Origin: Methanomassiliicoccales archaeon
Lineage (GTDB): Archaea; Thermoplasmatota; Thermoplasmata; Methanomassiliicoccales; UBA472
DNA length: 64,000 nucleotides
Reading direction: 5' to 3'
Assembly (NCBI GenBank): GCA_040765825.1
Contig: JAXGRO010000003.1
Coordinates: 27,262-91,261 of the forward strand
Made by a program: the position numbers and the translations under genes. The notes beneath the pieces are model-generated. The model did no database searches, was not told the DNA's origin, and saw only the letters and a program-made list of their open reading frames with translations. Positions 47,806-56,723 of this stretch are shown piece by piece. Numbering within the stretch: the first letter of the stretch is position 1; each line of letters begins with the position of its first letter.

Positions 47806-50628
47806 CTATAGGCATGTGTTGTTGGTTGCGTTGTTGTTCGACGAACCTATCTTAATGTTGGCCTTGGTGCCCATGAAATTGTTGTTGTGGCTCAGATTGT
47901 TTCCGGACACCGTGTTGTATTCGCCGCTATAGATGTGGAGGCCGTCGCTGTTGTTGTAACAGGTGTTGTTGATTATGTTGTTGTAATCCGACGACACCAG
48001 ATATATGCCCGCGCTGTCCCCGGGTGTCCCATAGAAAATGTTGGGCGAAGCACAGGTGTTGTTGAGCAAGTTGTTGCGGTCAGAAATGGTCAGGCGGATC
48101 CCGTCCCCTGTGTTGTCCAGACACGTGCTGTTTGCTATGACATTATAAGAGGAATCATACACATAGATTCCGTGCTGTCCATTCTGGCTGCAGTTGTTGT
48201 TCGATAGGGTGTTGTGAGACGAGTAGTCCAGCCAGATGCCGTAATTGAAATCGGGGTTGGCGGTGTTAATGGAGCAGTTGTTGTTGGTAATGACATTGCC
48301 GTTCGAGTACGACAGGTAGATGCCGACACCGGCCTCGTTGAAGGTATTGTTCACGATGAAACCGTTATTGAAGGAGTCCCCCCTGAACCCCATATTGGCG
48401 TTACCCACGCAGGTGTTGTTGAACACGGTGGAACCAATGGAACTTATCATTTCGATGCCATTGACGCTGTTACCGATTATATTGTTGCCCACGATCACCA
48501 GGCCGTTGGAATAGTATGAATACAGCCCGGTCTGGCATGCGGTCATGCTGCTGTTGGTCACCACGGTGCCGTCCGCGTAGACTAGGTACAACCCATAGGA
48601 TTGGCATCCGTTCAACACGGTGTTGTTGACCACGGTACCGCTGATGATCGAATTATGTTCGTCATTCACGATGATGCCGTAATCGCAGTTGGCGACGGTG
48701 TTCCCGTCGATGAGGTTCCCGGGCGATTGGGTCGATATATCGATTCCGCGATGGTTGGACATCAGTTTGTTGCCGCGGAGCACGTTGGCGGATGAATACG
48801 TCAGCCTGATGCCGTAGTAGTTGCCGTTGCAAGTGTTGTCGTAGACCAGGTCCTCCTGCGAGGCGTCGAGAATGATCCCGATGCCCCCGGAGCCCGGACC
48901 GTTATCGTTGCAGGTGTTGTTGGACACCATGCAGTCATAAGAATTGCTCAGGTAAATGCCGGCCTGGGAGTTCTCGGAGCAATTGTTGTTGTCGACGACG
49001 TTCCGATCGCTCTCGGTCATGAGCGTTATTCCGTAAGCGTTACCAATGCAGGTGTTGTTGGCGATCTTGCATTCGATGGAACCGGAGACATCTATGCCGT
49101 AAATGTTGTCATTGCAGGTGTTGTTGGTGATGATGGTATAACTGCAACTGGCCATAACGTAGATCCCATTGTTGATGTTCCCGTTGCAGGTGTTGTTGTG
49201 GATCACGTTCTCTGTGGAGAACGCGTCCGTCCGGGAATATAGCGCTATACCGACGTTGTTTCCATTGCAGGTGTTGTTCTGGAGCGTGTTCAGCGAGGAA
49301 CAGTACAGGGATATGCCCACGTCCCCATCGTTCCCACTGCAGTTGTTGCTGGTGATCAGATTTTCGTTCGAGTATTCAAGGTAGATGCCGTCTATGACGC
49401 TATCGTTGCATTCATTGAAAGAGATTGAATTGTATGAGCTGTAATAGATATAAATCCCATAGTTATTCCCGTTAAGATCGTTTCTTTGCAGGACGTTGTT
49501 ATCAGATGATTCGAGATAGATACCATTGAAGTTGCCACTCGCGACATTGAACTCCATTGTGCAACAATCGGACGCATCTAGCCAGATCCCAGAATCACCG
49601 TTGCCGGTGATGGTGTTGGACTCGATATGGTTCCACGACGAGGCACTGATATGAATGCCCGACCCTACGTTATCATTGACGGTGTTGGAGGAGATGGTGT
49701 TGTTCGGTGCGTTCAGGACCCAGATCCCATAGTAGTTACCGCTGAGCTCGTTGTTCGAGATGGTATTGTTCGACATATCATAGGTCGTTGAAGAGGAGAG
49801 GAATACTCCTGCACCCCACTCCGTGATCAAAGCGTTCCCGGAGCAGTTGTTGTTATCGATCACGTTTCCAGTGGTCACGGAGCTTGAAGATTGGAGCACG
49901 ATACCCGCGATGTAATTGTTGCGGCAGATGTTCTCCGTGATCGTGTTATTCATCGAGGAATCGATGACCATCCCGCTCCCTTCTATGTCATCGCAGATGT
50001 TGGCGGACAGGGTGTTGAAGTGCGAGAAGAAGAGGTCGATACCGGCGTTGTTCCCGCTGCAGTTGTTCTCCTCCAGGCTGTTGTTTTCGGAATATCTCAG
50101 CTGGATGCCCACCCTTCCGGAGGGGCTTTCGATGTCCAGCACGCAGGTGTTGTTGAAAAGGAGGTTGTGATCGGAATCCTCGAGGAATATCCCGGTATTG
50201 TGGTTCACAAAGGTGTTGTTCCTAACGACATTGCTGTGGGAATTGAACAGTCCCACTCCAGCATAGCAATCGACCAGGGTGTTGTTCTCCACGGTCACGT
50301 TCTTGACGTTCTGGAGATGGATCGTTGCTGAAGGCCCGGAGGAATCGGATAGGTAACAGTTCAGTATCTTCACATGAAGGTCCGTATCGTAGATCGCTAT
50401 CGCGCTACCACCTGCACCATCGATATCATAGTTCTGGATCAGGAACGGATCCGCCTCCGTCCCTGAACCGGGGAAACCAGAGGTGGTCAGGTCCGTATTG
50501 TCGAGGATGAGGATGGGGATGTGCGCATCATAGGCCTGCGCCGAACCGGACATGCCAGCGGTCAAAAGAACGATCGAGGTCAATAGCAATAGAGCTGATA
50601 CAAGACACCTGCTGAACACCTTACGCAA
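47806..50628 (-). CDS. Giant surface protein B, intact 5' 940 codons (signal peptide plus parallel beta-helix/NosD repeats)
   Basis: Signal peptide ..GSAQA, GSGTEADPFLI, dozens of GIxL...NNTC coils; frame breaks near 47810 and the gene continues to 44960. Confidence 0.88.
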   Translation of the reverse strand: MRKVFSRCLVSALLLLTSIVLLTAGMSGSAQAYDAHIPILILDNTDLTTSGFPGSGTEADPFLIQNYDIDGAGGSAIAIYDTDLHVKILNCYLSDSSGPSATIHLQNVKNVTVENNTLVDCYAGVGLFNSHSNVVRNNTFVNHNTGIFLEDSDHNLLFNNTCVLDIESPSGRVGIQLRYSENNSLEENNCSGNNAGIDLFFSHFNTLSANICDDIEGSGMVIDSSMNNTITENICRNNYIAGIVLQSSSSVTTGNVIDNNNCSGNALITEWGAGVFLSSSTTYDMSNNTISNNELSGNYYGIWVLNAPNNTISSNTVNDNVGSGIHISASSWNHIESNTITGNGDSGIWLDASDCCTMEFNVASGNFNGIYLESSDNNVLQRNDLNGNNYGIYIYYSSYNSISFNECNDSVIDGIYLEYSNENLITSNNCSGNDGDVGISLYCSSLNTLQNNTCNGNNVGIALYSRTDAFSTENVIHNNTCNGNINNGIYVMASCSYTIITNNTCNDNIYGIDVSGSIECKIANNTCIGNAYGITLMTESDRNVVDNNNCSENSQAGIYLSNSYDCMVSNNTCNDNGPGSGGIGIILDASQEDLVYDNTCNGNYYGIRLTYSSANVLRGNKLMSNHRGIDISTQSPGNLIDGNTVANCDYGIIVNDEHNSIISGTVVNNTVLNGCQSYGLYLVYADGTVVTNSSMTACQTGLYSYYSNGLVIVGNNIIGNSVNGIEMISSIGSTVFNNTCVGNANMGFRGDSFNNGFIVNNTFNEAGVGIYLSYSNGNVITNNNCSINTANPDFNYGIWLDYSSHNTLSNNNCSQNGQHGIYVYDSSYNVIANSTCLDNTGDGIRLTISDRNNLLNNTCASPNIFYGTPGDSAGIYLVSSDYNNIINNTCYNNSDGLHIYSGEYNTVSGNNLSHNNNFMGTKANIKIGSSNNNATNNTCL

Positions 50629-50811
50629 ACGAACGCCCCCCTTGGAAGGAATGATACCCTATGGTGGGACCGCCATAAATCATTTCGTAATTTTTCTAAT
50701 GGCTGAACGACCTATATCCATCCAGCATATCATTGGGCCTCATCGAGCGAAGAATAGGGGAGGTTCAACCCCTACCGATATGACAATTCTTTAATAGTCA
50801 GTTAGCCAACG

Positions 50812-52056
50812 GTGGACCGGATGCTCATAAAGCTGCCATACGGCGAAGGCGGAGTGCTCAAGGCCAAGGTCCCGGAAAATCTGGCCGGTATCGTCGGGCC
50901 GCACGAGGTGCACTGCGCTCCGGACGAGATCGAAAGGGCGCTTTCCAAACCGTTCGGCCGCGCCCTCGATTCCTTTCTGAAGGACGCGGAGGACATCGTC
51001 TTCCTGGTGAACGATGGAACGAGGCCGACGCCCACAGCCAGGGTGCTGGATGTTCTGGCCGGCCATATGGACCTGGGCAAAGCGCGTTACCTCATAGCCA
51101 CCGGCGCGCACCGCGGCCCTACCGAGGGCGAGCTGAAGTTCATCTTCGGCGATCATTTGAAGGACCTCCGGGAACGCATCGTCGTGCACGACGCCAAGCG
51201 TTCAAAGTGCGTTCATCTCGGCCAATCCAAGAACGGCACGGACATGGAGGTGAACGAGATAGCGGTGAACGCCGACCGCCTGATCATAATCACCAGCGTG
51301 GAGCCGCATTACTTCGCCGGCTACACCGGGGGAAGGAAGTCCTTCCTGCCCGGCGTGGCCTCCTTCCGCACCATCGAGCAGAACCACAGGCTGGCCATGC
51401 GGCCGGAGGCCAAGACCCTGGTCCTGGATGGCAACCCGGTGCATGAGGACATGATGGACGCCCTCTCCGTGGTCAAGAAGGACATCTTCTCCATCCAGGT
51501 GGTCCTGGACCGCCATCAGCGCATCTACAAGGCCGCGGCTGGCGACCTGCACAAGGCCTTCCGGCAGGCGGTGGAGTGGGCCGATGATGTCTTCTCCATC
51601 ACCATCAGGCAGCGCTACGACGCGGTGATAACCGTAGCACCATATCCTATGGACGTGGACCTGTACCAATCGCAGAAGGCCATAGACAACGCCAAGTGGG
51701 CGCTCAGGGACGGTGGTACACTCATACTCGTCGCCAAGTGCCGTGAGGGCATGGGCGAGGAGACCTTCGCCAAACAGCTTTCGTTCTCGCCGGACAAGAG
51801 GCAGGTCCTCAGGAACCTGGATAAGGAGTACGAGCTCGGATTTCACAAGGCCGCCAAGATGGCCGATATCATGTGCCGATGCGATATTTGGGCGGTCACC
51901 GCCCTGGACCCTGCCATCCTGAAGGGCATGGGCATGGTCCCCTTCCGGGGGCTGCAGGAGGCTGTGGACGAGCTGCTGAGGCAAAAGCCCAAAGCGGAGG
52001 TGCTCGTTCTCCTGGACGGCAGCGTGACCGTTCCGAGGGTGCGTGAAGATGAGTGA
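50812..52056 (+). CDS. larA: Nickel-pincer-dependent lactate racemase family protein
   Basis: VNDGTRP, ATGAHR, VHDA, EPHYFAGYTGGRKS, QNH, DLYQSQKA, GFHKA. Confidence 0.9.
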   Translation: MDRMLIKLPYGEGGVLKAKVPENLAGIVGPHEVHCAPDEIERALSKPFGRALDSFLKDAEDIVFLVNDGTRPTPTARVLDVLAGHMDLGKARYLIATGAHRGPTEGELKFIFGDHLKDLRERIVVHDAKRSKCVHLGQSKNGTDMEVNEIAVNADRLIIITSVEPHYFAGYTGGRKSFLPGVASFRTIEQNHRLAMRPEAKTLVLDGNPVHEDMMDALSVVKKDIFSIQVVLDRHQRIYKAAAGDLHKAFRQAVEWADDVFSITIRQRYDAVITVAPYPMDVDLYQSQKAIDNAKWALRDGGTLILVAKCREGMGEETFAKQLSFSPDKRQVLRNLDKEYELGFHKAAKMADIMCRCDIWAVTALDPAILKGMGMVPFRGLQEAVDELLRQKPKAEVLVLLDGSVTVPRVREDE

Positions 52057-53149
52057 GACCATAGAGGCCGAGAACCTCCGCAGGATGAGGAAGGAGCTGA
52101 TGACCTGCACCTACTGCGGGTTCTGCAAGAGCGTGTGCCCCACCTTCCAGAGGGTGGGCTGGGACCCTTCGGTCGCCAGGGGGCGCATGGTGCTGGCCTA
52201 CGGACTTCTGCAGAAGGAGATACCCGCCGACCCGTCCGTTCTTGAGTATCTGTACCAGTGCACCACCTGCAAGGACTGCGAGAGGAGGTGCCCCTCAAAG
52301 ATATCGGTGGTGGACGTGGTGGAGAGCGCCCGGCGGGACCTGGTGGCCGCCGGACACATCCTTCCCCGGCACCGGGCCCTGGCGGACAAGGTGGCCGCCA
52401 CCGGGAACCCCTATGAAGAGAGGAAGGGCGTTCCGGAGACCTTGGGGCTTGAACCGAAGAAGGCCAAGGTCGGCTACTTCATCGGCTGCACTGCCGCTTA
52501 CCGCGACCGTGCCCTGGCGGACGCCACGTTATCGATACTGCGGAAGATCGGCGAGGATTTCACGCTCATCGAAGAGAGCTGCTGCGGTTCCGTGCTGCAG
52601 CGCATAGGCATCGCCGAGGAAGAGGTGGAAAAGCTCTGGGAGAGGAACGTTGAGAGCATCAGGGCCCTGGGGGTGGAGAAGGTCATCTTCTCCTGCGCCG
52701 GCTGCTACCGCATGTTCAAGGAGGAGTACCCCAAGAAGCTGGATCTGGGGTTCGAGGTGCAGCACGTCACGGAGTACCTCGCACATAAGGACCTGAAGCT
52801 GCGGCCATTCGAGGGCACCATCACCTATCACGATCCATGCCACCTGGGCCGCCATTGCCATGTGTACGACGCGCCCCGCGCGGTGTTGGCCAAGATACCG
52901 GGCGCCAAGTTCAAGGAGATGCCCCGGAGCCGGGAGACCGCCGCCTGCTGCGGCGGGGGCGGAGGCGTTCGGTCAGCATACCCGGAGCTCTCCAAGGAGA
53001 TAGCCGGGCGCAGGGTGGACGAGGCTTCGTTCGCCGATATGCTGGTCACCACCTGCCCCTTCTGCGTGAACAACCTGCGGGCCGGGACCGAGGGAAGGAG
53101 GCCGCTGGAGATCGTGGACCTGGTCCAGCTGGTGGACCGTCTGCTGTGA
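52049..53149 (+). CDS. Fe-S oxidoreductase, 2x[4Fe-4S] plus two CCG domains (HdrD-like)
   Basis: CTYCGFCKSVCP, ARGR, CTTCKDCERRCP, CCG, YHDPCHLGR, CCGGGGG, TCPFC. Confidence 0.88.
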   Translation: MSETIEAENLRRMRKELMTCTYCGFCKSVCPTFQRVGWDPSVARGRMVLAYGLLQKEIPADPSVLEYLYQCTTCKDCERRCPSKISVVDVVESARRDLVAAGHILPRHRALADKVAATGNPYEERKGVPETLGLEPKKAKVGYFIGCTAAYRDRALADATLSILRKIGEDFTLIEESCCGSVLQRIGIAEEEVEKLWERNVESIRALGVEKVIFSCAGCYRMFKEEYPKKLDLGFEVQHVTEYLAHKDLKLRPFEGTITYHDPCHLGRHCHVYDAPRAVLAKIPGAKFKEMPRSRETAACCGGGGGVRSAYPELSKEIAGRRVDEASFADMLVTTCPFCVNNLRAGTEGRRPLEIVDLVQLVDRLL

Positions 53150-53155
53150 GGTAAC

Positions 53156-54301
53156 ATGGCCAGAGTGCGGGTCTACGCGAGCTACACCGAGGCATGGGGG
53201 GAGTGGCGCAGGATGGGACTTCCGGAGCGCTCGCCCAGCCGCTTCGACCTGGGCTCCCGGCAGTTCTTCTATATCGATTCCATGAGCGCGGAGGAGAGGG
53301 GCGCGCTGCGCCAGGAGCTCGCGCCCCGCGGAGGCATGGTCTTTGATTGCCGGGGGGACCGGGCGCTGGTGAGCATCACCCTGCTGGCCCTGGAGAACCT
53401 GCTGATGTCCGGGGCGTCCAGCCGGGTTATGGAGATGGGCGAGGCCTTGCGGCACCGCTACGATCCCGAGCCCCCGGCCTTCGAATGGTCCGGGGGCCGC
53501 CTGGACCTCTCCCGGCCCCGGGTGATGGGCATACTGAACGTCACCCCTGATTCCTTTTCCGATGGCGGAAGGCACCTGGATGCGGAGATTGCGGTTCGGC
53601 GGGCCATGGAGATGAGGGAGGAAGGGGCAGACGTGATCGACGTCGGCGGGGAGTCCACCCGCCCCGGTTCGGTCCCGGTGTCCCCGGACCAGGAATGGGA
53701 GCGCATCTCGGAGGTGGTGCGCAGGGTCAGCGAGGAGGTCGGACTGCCCGTCTCCGTGGACACCCGCCGCGCTGGCGTGGCCAGGAAGGCCCTGCGGGCC
53801 GGAGCGGTCATGGTGAACGACGTCTCCGGCCTGAGGGATGATATGCGCCAGGTGGTGAGGGAGGAGGGCGCGGCGGCCATCATCATGCATATGAGGGGGG
53901 AGCCGTCAACCATGCAGCAGGACACCCGCTACCTGGACGTGGTCGGCGACACCTACGCCTTCCTGGAGAGGAGGGTTCATGAGGCGGTGGCCTCCGGCAT
54001 CCCCCGGGAAAGGCTGTCCGTGGACCCCGGCCTGGGGTTCGGCAAGGACCTGCAGGGGAACATGGAGATACTTTCCCGCATGGATGAGTACCGGTGCATG
54101 GGAAGGCCGGTGATGCTCGGGGCCTCGCGGAAATCCTTCCTCGGGCATATCGCCGGCGGGGAACCCTCAGAAAGGCTGGAGGCCAGCCTGGCGGCGGCGG
54201 CCGTGGCCTGCTGGCAGGGTGTTCACCTGTTCCGCGTGCACGATGTGAAGGAGACGGCCAGGACCCTGCGGGCGGTGCAGGCCATGAAAGCGGGACGCTA
54301 G
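53156..54301 (+). CDS. folP: Dihydropteroate synthase with N-terminal extension
   Basis: MGILNVTPDSFSDGG, DVGGESTRPG, DPGLGFGK, GASRKSF, RVHDV. Confidence 0.95.
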   Translation: MARVRVYASYTEAWGEWRRMGLPERSPSRFDLGSRQFFYIDSMSAEERGALRQELAPRGGMVFDCRGDRALVSITLLALENLLMSGASSRVMEMGEALRHRYDPEPPAFEWSGGRLDLSRPRVMGILNVTPDSFSDGGRHLDAEIAVRRAMEMREEGADVIDVGGESTRPGSVPVSPDQEWERISEVVRRVSEEVGLPVSVDTRRAGVARKALRAGAVMVNDVSGLRDDMRQVVREEGAAAIIMHMRGEPSTMQQDTRYLDVVGDTYAFLERRVHEAVASGIPRERLSVDPGLGFGKDLQGNMEILSRMDEYRCMGRPVMLGASRKSFLGHIAGGEPSERLEASLAAAAVACWQGVHLFRVHDVKETARTLRAVQAMKAGR

Positions 54302-54489
54302 CCCAGGGTCACCAGGGTGATTACCAGCAGCGCTATCGCCGCCAGTCCGAAGAACAGGTAGTTCCTGTTCCGTTCCCTGCGCACCTCCGCCAGCGCCTGG
54401 ACCCTGCACTCCTCGGAGCAGTACTCCTGGCCGAGGTCCACCGGGTCGTCGCAGTGAAGGCAGTGTGAATGCTCCGGAAGCAGGCTCAT
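54298..54489 (-). CDS. DUF2116-like Zn-ribbon membrane protein
   Basis: HSHCLHC...YCSEEC followed by a C-terminal TM helix. Confidence 0.8.
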   Translation of the reverse strand: MSLLPEHSHCLHCDDPVDLGQEYCSEECRVQALAEVRRERNRNYLFFGLAAIALLVITLVTLG

Positions 54490-54529
54490 CTTTTCTCGTC
54501 CCTGTTAGGTGGAAGGGGGTGATAAGGGT

Positions 54530-55123
54530 TTAGGCGGCCCGGGGGCGAAGGAACACGCCCCCGATGGCGGTGGCCATCAGCACCTTGATGCCGTCCACCA
54601 GCAGGAAGGGCAGCACACCCATGACCAGGGCCTCGGTGGCGTTCAGCCCGAGCACCAGGGCCAGCTGAAGTGCGCCCGCGGCGTAGATCACCAGCACGGC
54701 CAGGGACATGGCCGCGGCGATCTGCGCGCCGCTCCATTCTCTGCGCCTCTCCACCAGCTCCCCGAGCAGGAAGGCTGCGATGACGAAGCCCGCGAGATAC
54801 CCTCCGGTGACCCCGGCCAGGGCGGCCGTGCCCACCAGCCCGCTGAACCAGCCGAGGGAGGCCCCCATTCCCAGGTACATCACCTGGCTGAGCGCGCCGT
54901 AGCGGCCCAGAACCACCGCACCCAGCAGGACCATCAGTACCTGTCCGGTGAAGGGCACCGGGGTGAACGGAAGCACGAATCGGACCTGGGCGGCCAGGGC
55001 GGTGAGCAGGGCGAAGAGCAGGGCGGCCATCACCTTGGTCAGCATGCTGGACTCCTCCCTCCATCTGTACAGGGGAGCGGACGCCGACCGGCGGCATTTG
55101 GTGACCGTGTCAAATACTTGCAT
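54530..55123 (-). CDS. bioY: Biotin transporter BioY
   Basis: LPFTPVPFTGQ, TGGYLAGF, PFLLVDGIK. Confidence 0.93.
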   Translation of the reverse strand: MQVFDTVTKCRRSASAPLYRWREESSMLTKVMAALLFALLTALAAQVRFVLPFTPVPFTGQVLMVLLGAVVLGRYGALSQVMYLGMGASLGWFSGLVGTAALAGVTGGYLAGFVIAAFLLGELVERRREWSGAQIAAAMSLAVLVIYAAGALQLALVLGLNATEALVMGVLPFLLVDGIKVLMATAIGGVFLRPRAA

Positions 55124-55207
55124 GGGTTATTCAGTATCCACCTTCCTCTCATAAACATTTCCCGGGCGATGACAACCTTTAATTCCCATCAGGCGGTTTT
55201 TGGCCGC

Positions 55208-55594
55208 ATGTGGAAGGTCTTTGGCGAAGAGGGCGTGATGGTACAGTTCGGGACCCTGTGGACCGCGAGGATGAGGGATCTCTCCAAGCGCAGGAAGGAC
55301 CGTGACCGGTTCCTGGCGCTGCTGGACTCCGCCGAGGTGACCCATTATCTTGACATCCACCAGAAGATGCATGTTTTCAAGATGACCCTCCCCAGCAGCT
55401 GCACCGTGGAGGACGTGGAGTTCCTGAAGGGTTTCGTTCAGAGGATCCTCAAGAGCGTGGAATACCCCATGGTGGACCTGGATGGGGAGGAGCAGAGGGC
55501 GGCCCTGATAATAACCGCCGAGGAGTCGGTGGACGAGCACCGGGAGCGCATGGCCAACTGGTACAAGCAGCTTGAATCGGTGGAGAAGAAGTAG
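55208..55594 (+). CDS. Hypothetical protein
   Basis: 3' part of ORF 54509-55594 with coding-like codon usage fills the gap between bioY and trpD; start at 55208 or 55238. Confidence 0.6.
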   Translation: MWKVFGEEGVMVQFGTLWTARMRDLSKRRKDRDRFLALLDSAEVTHYLDIHQKMHVFKMTLPSSCTVEDVEFLKGFVQRILKSVEYPMVDLDGEEQRAALIITAEESVDEHRERMANWYKQLESVEKK

Positions 55595-55595
55595 T

Positions 55596-56714
55596 TCAGA
55601 CCGGGCAGGGCGCCTCGGCCATCCTCTCCAGGCGCTCCATCTTGGCCCCGGTGTCCCCGGAGTTCTGGCACCGCACCCATTCCTTCAGCTTCTGCATGCC
55701 CCTTCCGCCATCCAGGATGTCCAAGGCCACGGCCACCCCTTCGCCCAGGGAGGAGGCGCTCCCGTTCAGGTACAGTATCGGCGCGGCGTTCAGGGCCACC
55801 ATGTCCCGGCGGGCCCCCTTCTCCTCGCCCATGAGGACCTTGACGAAGCGGGCGGCCTCCCATTCCCGGTCCAGGCTGCTCAGTATGTCCCGTTCGGCCC
55901 CCACGGGCAGCCCCATATCCTTCGGGGAAATCTCGTAGCTGCTGATCTCCCCATCCTCATGGAACTCGGCGATGATGCTCCTGCCCAGGGTGGACAGCTC
56001 ATCCATGCCCTTGGTGCCCGAGGGATCCAGTCCGTGGGCCACGATCCCCTTCCGGTACCCCATCTCGCGCATGGTCAGGGCCAGCGGCCGCACCATATCC
56101 GCGGAGTAGACGCCCCGGACCCCGATCTCCGGGGAGGCCGGATTGGCCAGGGAGCCGGCCACGTTCAGTATGGTGCCGAAGCGGACCTGGGATAGGATGC
56201 GGTACAGGGCCTGGGGGTGAACCTTGGCGCTCATGCCGTTGAAGAGCCCGATGCCGGCCACCTCGATGCTGCGCTTGACCACGGCCGCATCGCACTCCAC
56301 ATCCACGCCCAGGGTCTCGGCGATGTCCACAATGCCGCACTTGGAGGTTATGGCCCGAGCCCCGTGCTTGGCCATGATGGCCCCTCCGGCCGCGGCCACC
56401 ACCGAGGCCAGGGTGCTGACGTTGAAGGTCTTGATGCGGTCCATCCCGGTCCCGCAGTTCTCCACCAGCGGTCCGTCCACCTCCGGGCGGACCTTGACCG
56501 TGTCTATCTCATATATGGCCTCCCAGGCCCCGGCGATCTCCTCCGGCGACGGGGATATGGAGGTGATGGCCGCAAGGAAGGCCCCCTGCTGCAGGTCGGG
56601 CTGCCGGTTCAGCAGGACCTCCCTGAACATCTCCCGGGTCAGCTCCCTGCCGATGTGCTCTCCCTTGATCAGCGCGTCGACCTTGGCCCCGAACTCCCTA
56701 AGCTCCATGTCCAT
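55596..56714 (-). CDS. trpD: Anthranilate phosphoribosyltransferase-like protein (divergent TrpD paralog)
   Basis: ENCGTGMD, FNVST, KHGAR..SKCG, ANP, GMDE, LNAA. Confidence 0.75.
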   Translation of the reverse strand: MDMELREFGAKVDALIKGEHIGRELTREMFREVLLNRQPDLQQGAFLAAITSISPSPEEIAGAWEAIYEIDTVKVRPEVDGPLVENCGTGMDRIKTFNVSTLASVVAAAGGAIMAKHGARAITSKCGIVDIAETLGVDVECDAAVVKRSIEVAGIGLFNGMSAKVHPQALYRILSQVRFGTILNVAGSLANPASPEIGVRGVYSADMVRPLALTMREMGYRKGIVAHGLDPSGTKGMDELSTLGRSIIAEFHEDGEISSYEISPKDMGLPVGAERDILSSLDREWEAARFVKVLMGEEKGARRDMVALNAAPILYLNGSASSLGEGVAVALDILDGGRGMQKLKEWVRCQNSGDTGAKMERLERMAEAPCPV

Positions 56715-56723
56715 GATAATGCC

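Noticed and set aside
40880-47810. Programmed frameshifting, phase variation or a diversity-generating retroelement target
   Set aside because: Too many irregular indels, no consistent slippery site, and no reverse transcriptase or template/variable repeat pair in the window
41696-47815. Many small ORFs as independent genes
   Set aside because: They are consecutive fragments of the two surface-protein genes or their antisense shadows
47900-50200. Recurrent gcaggtgttgtt-like 12-mers as a CRISPR array or DNA repeat
   Set aside because: Short, degenerate and in frame; they encode the NNTC beta-helix turns, and there are no cas genes
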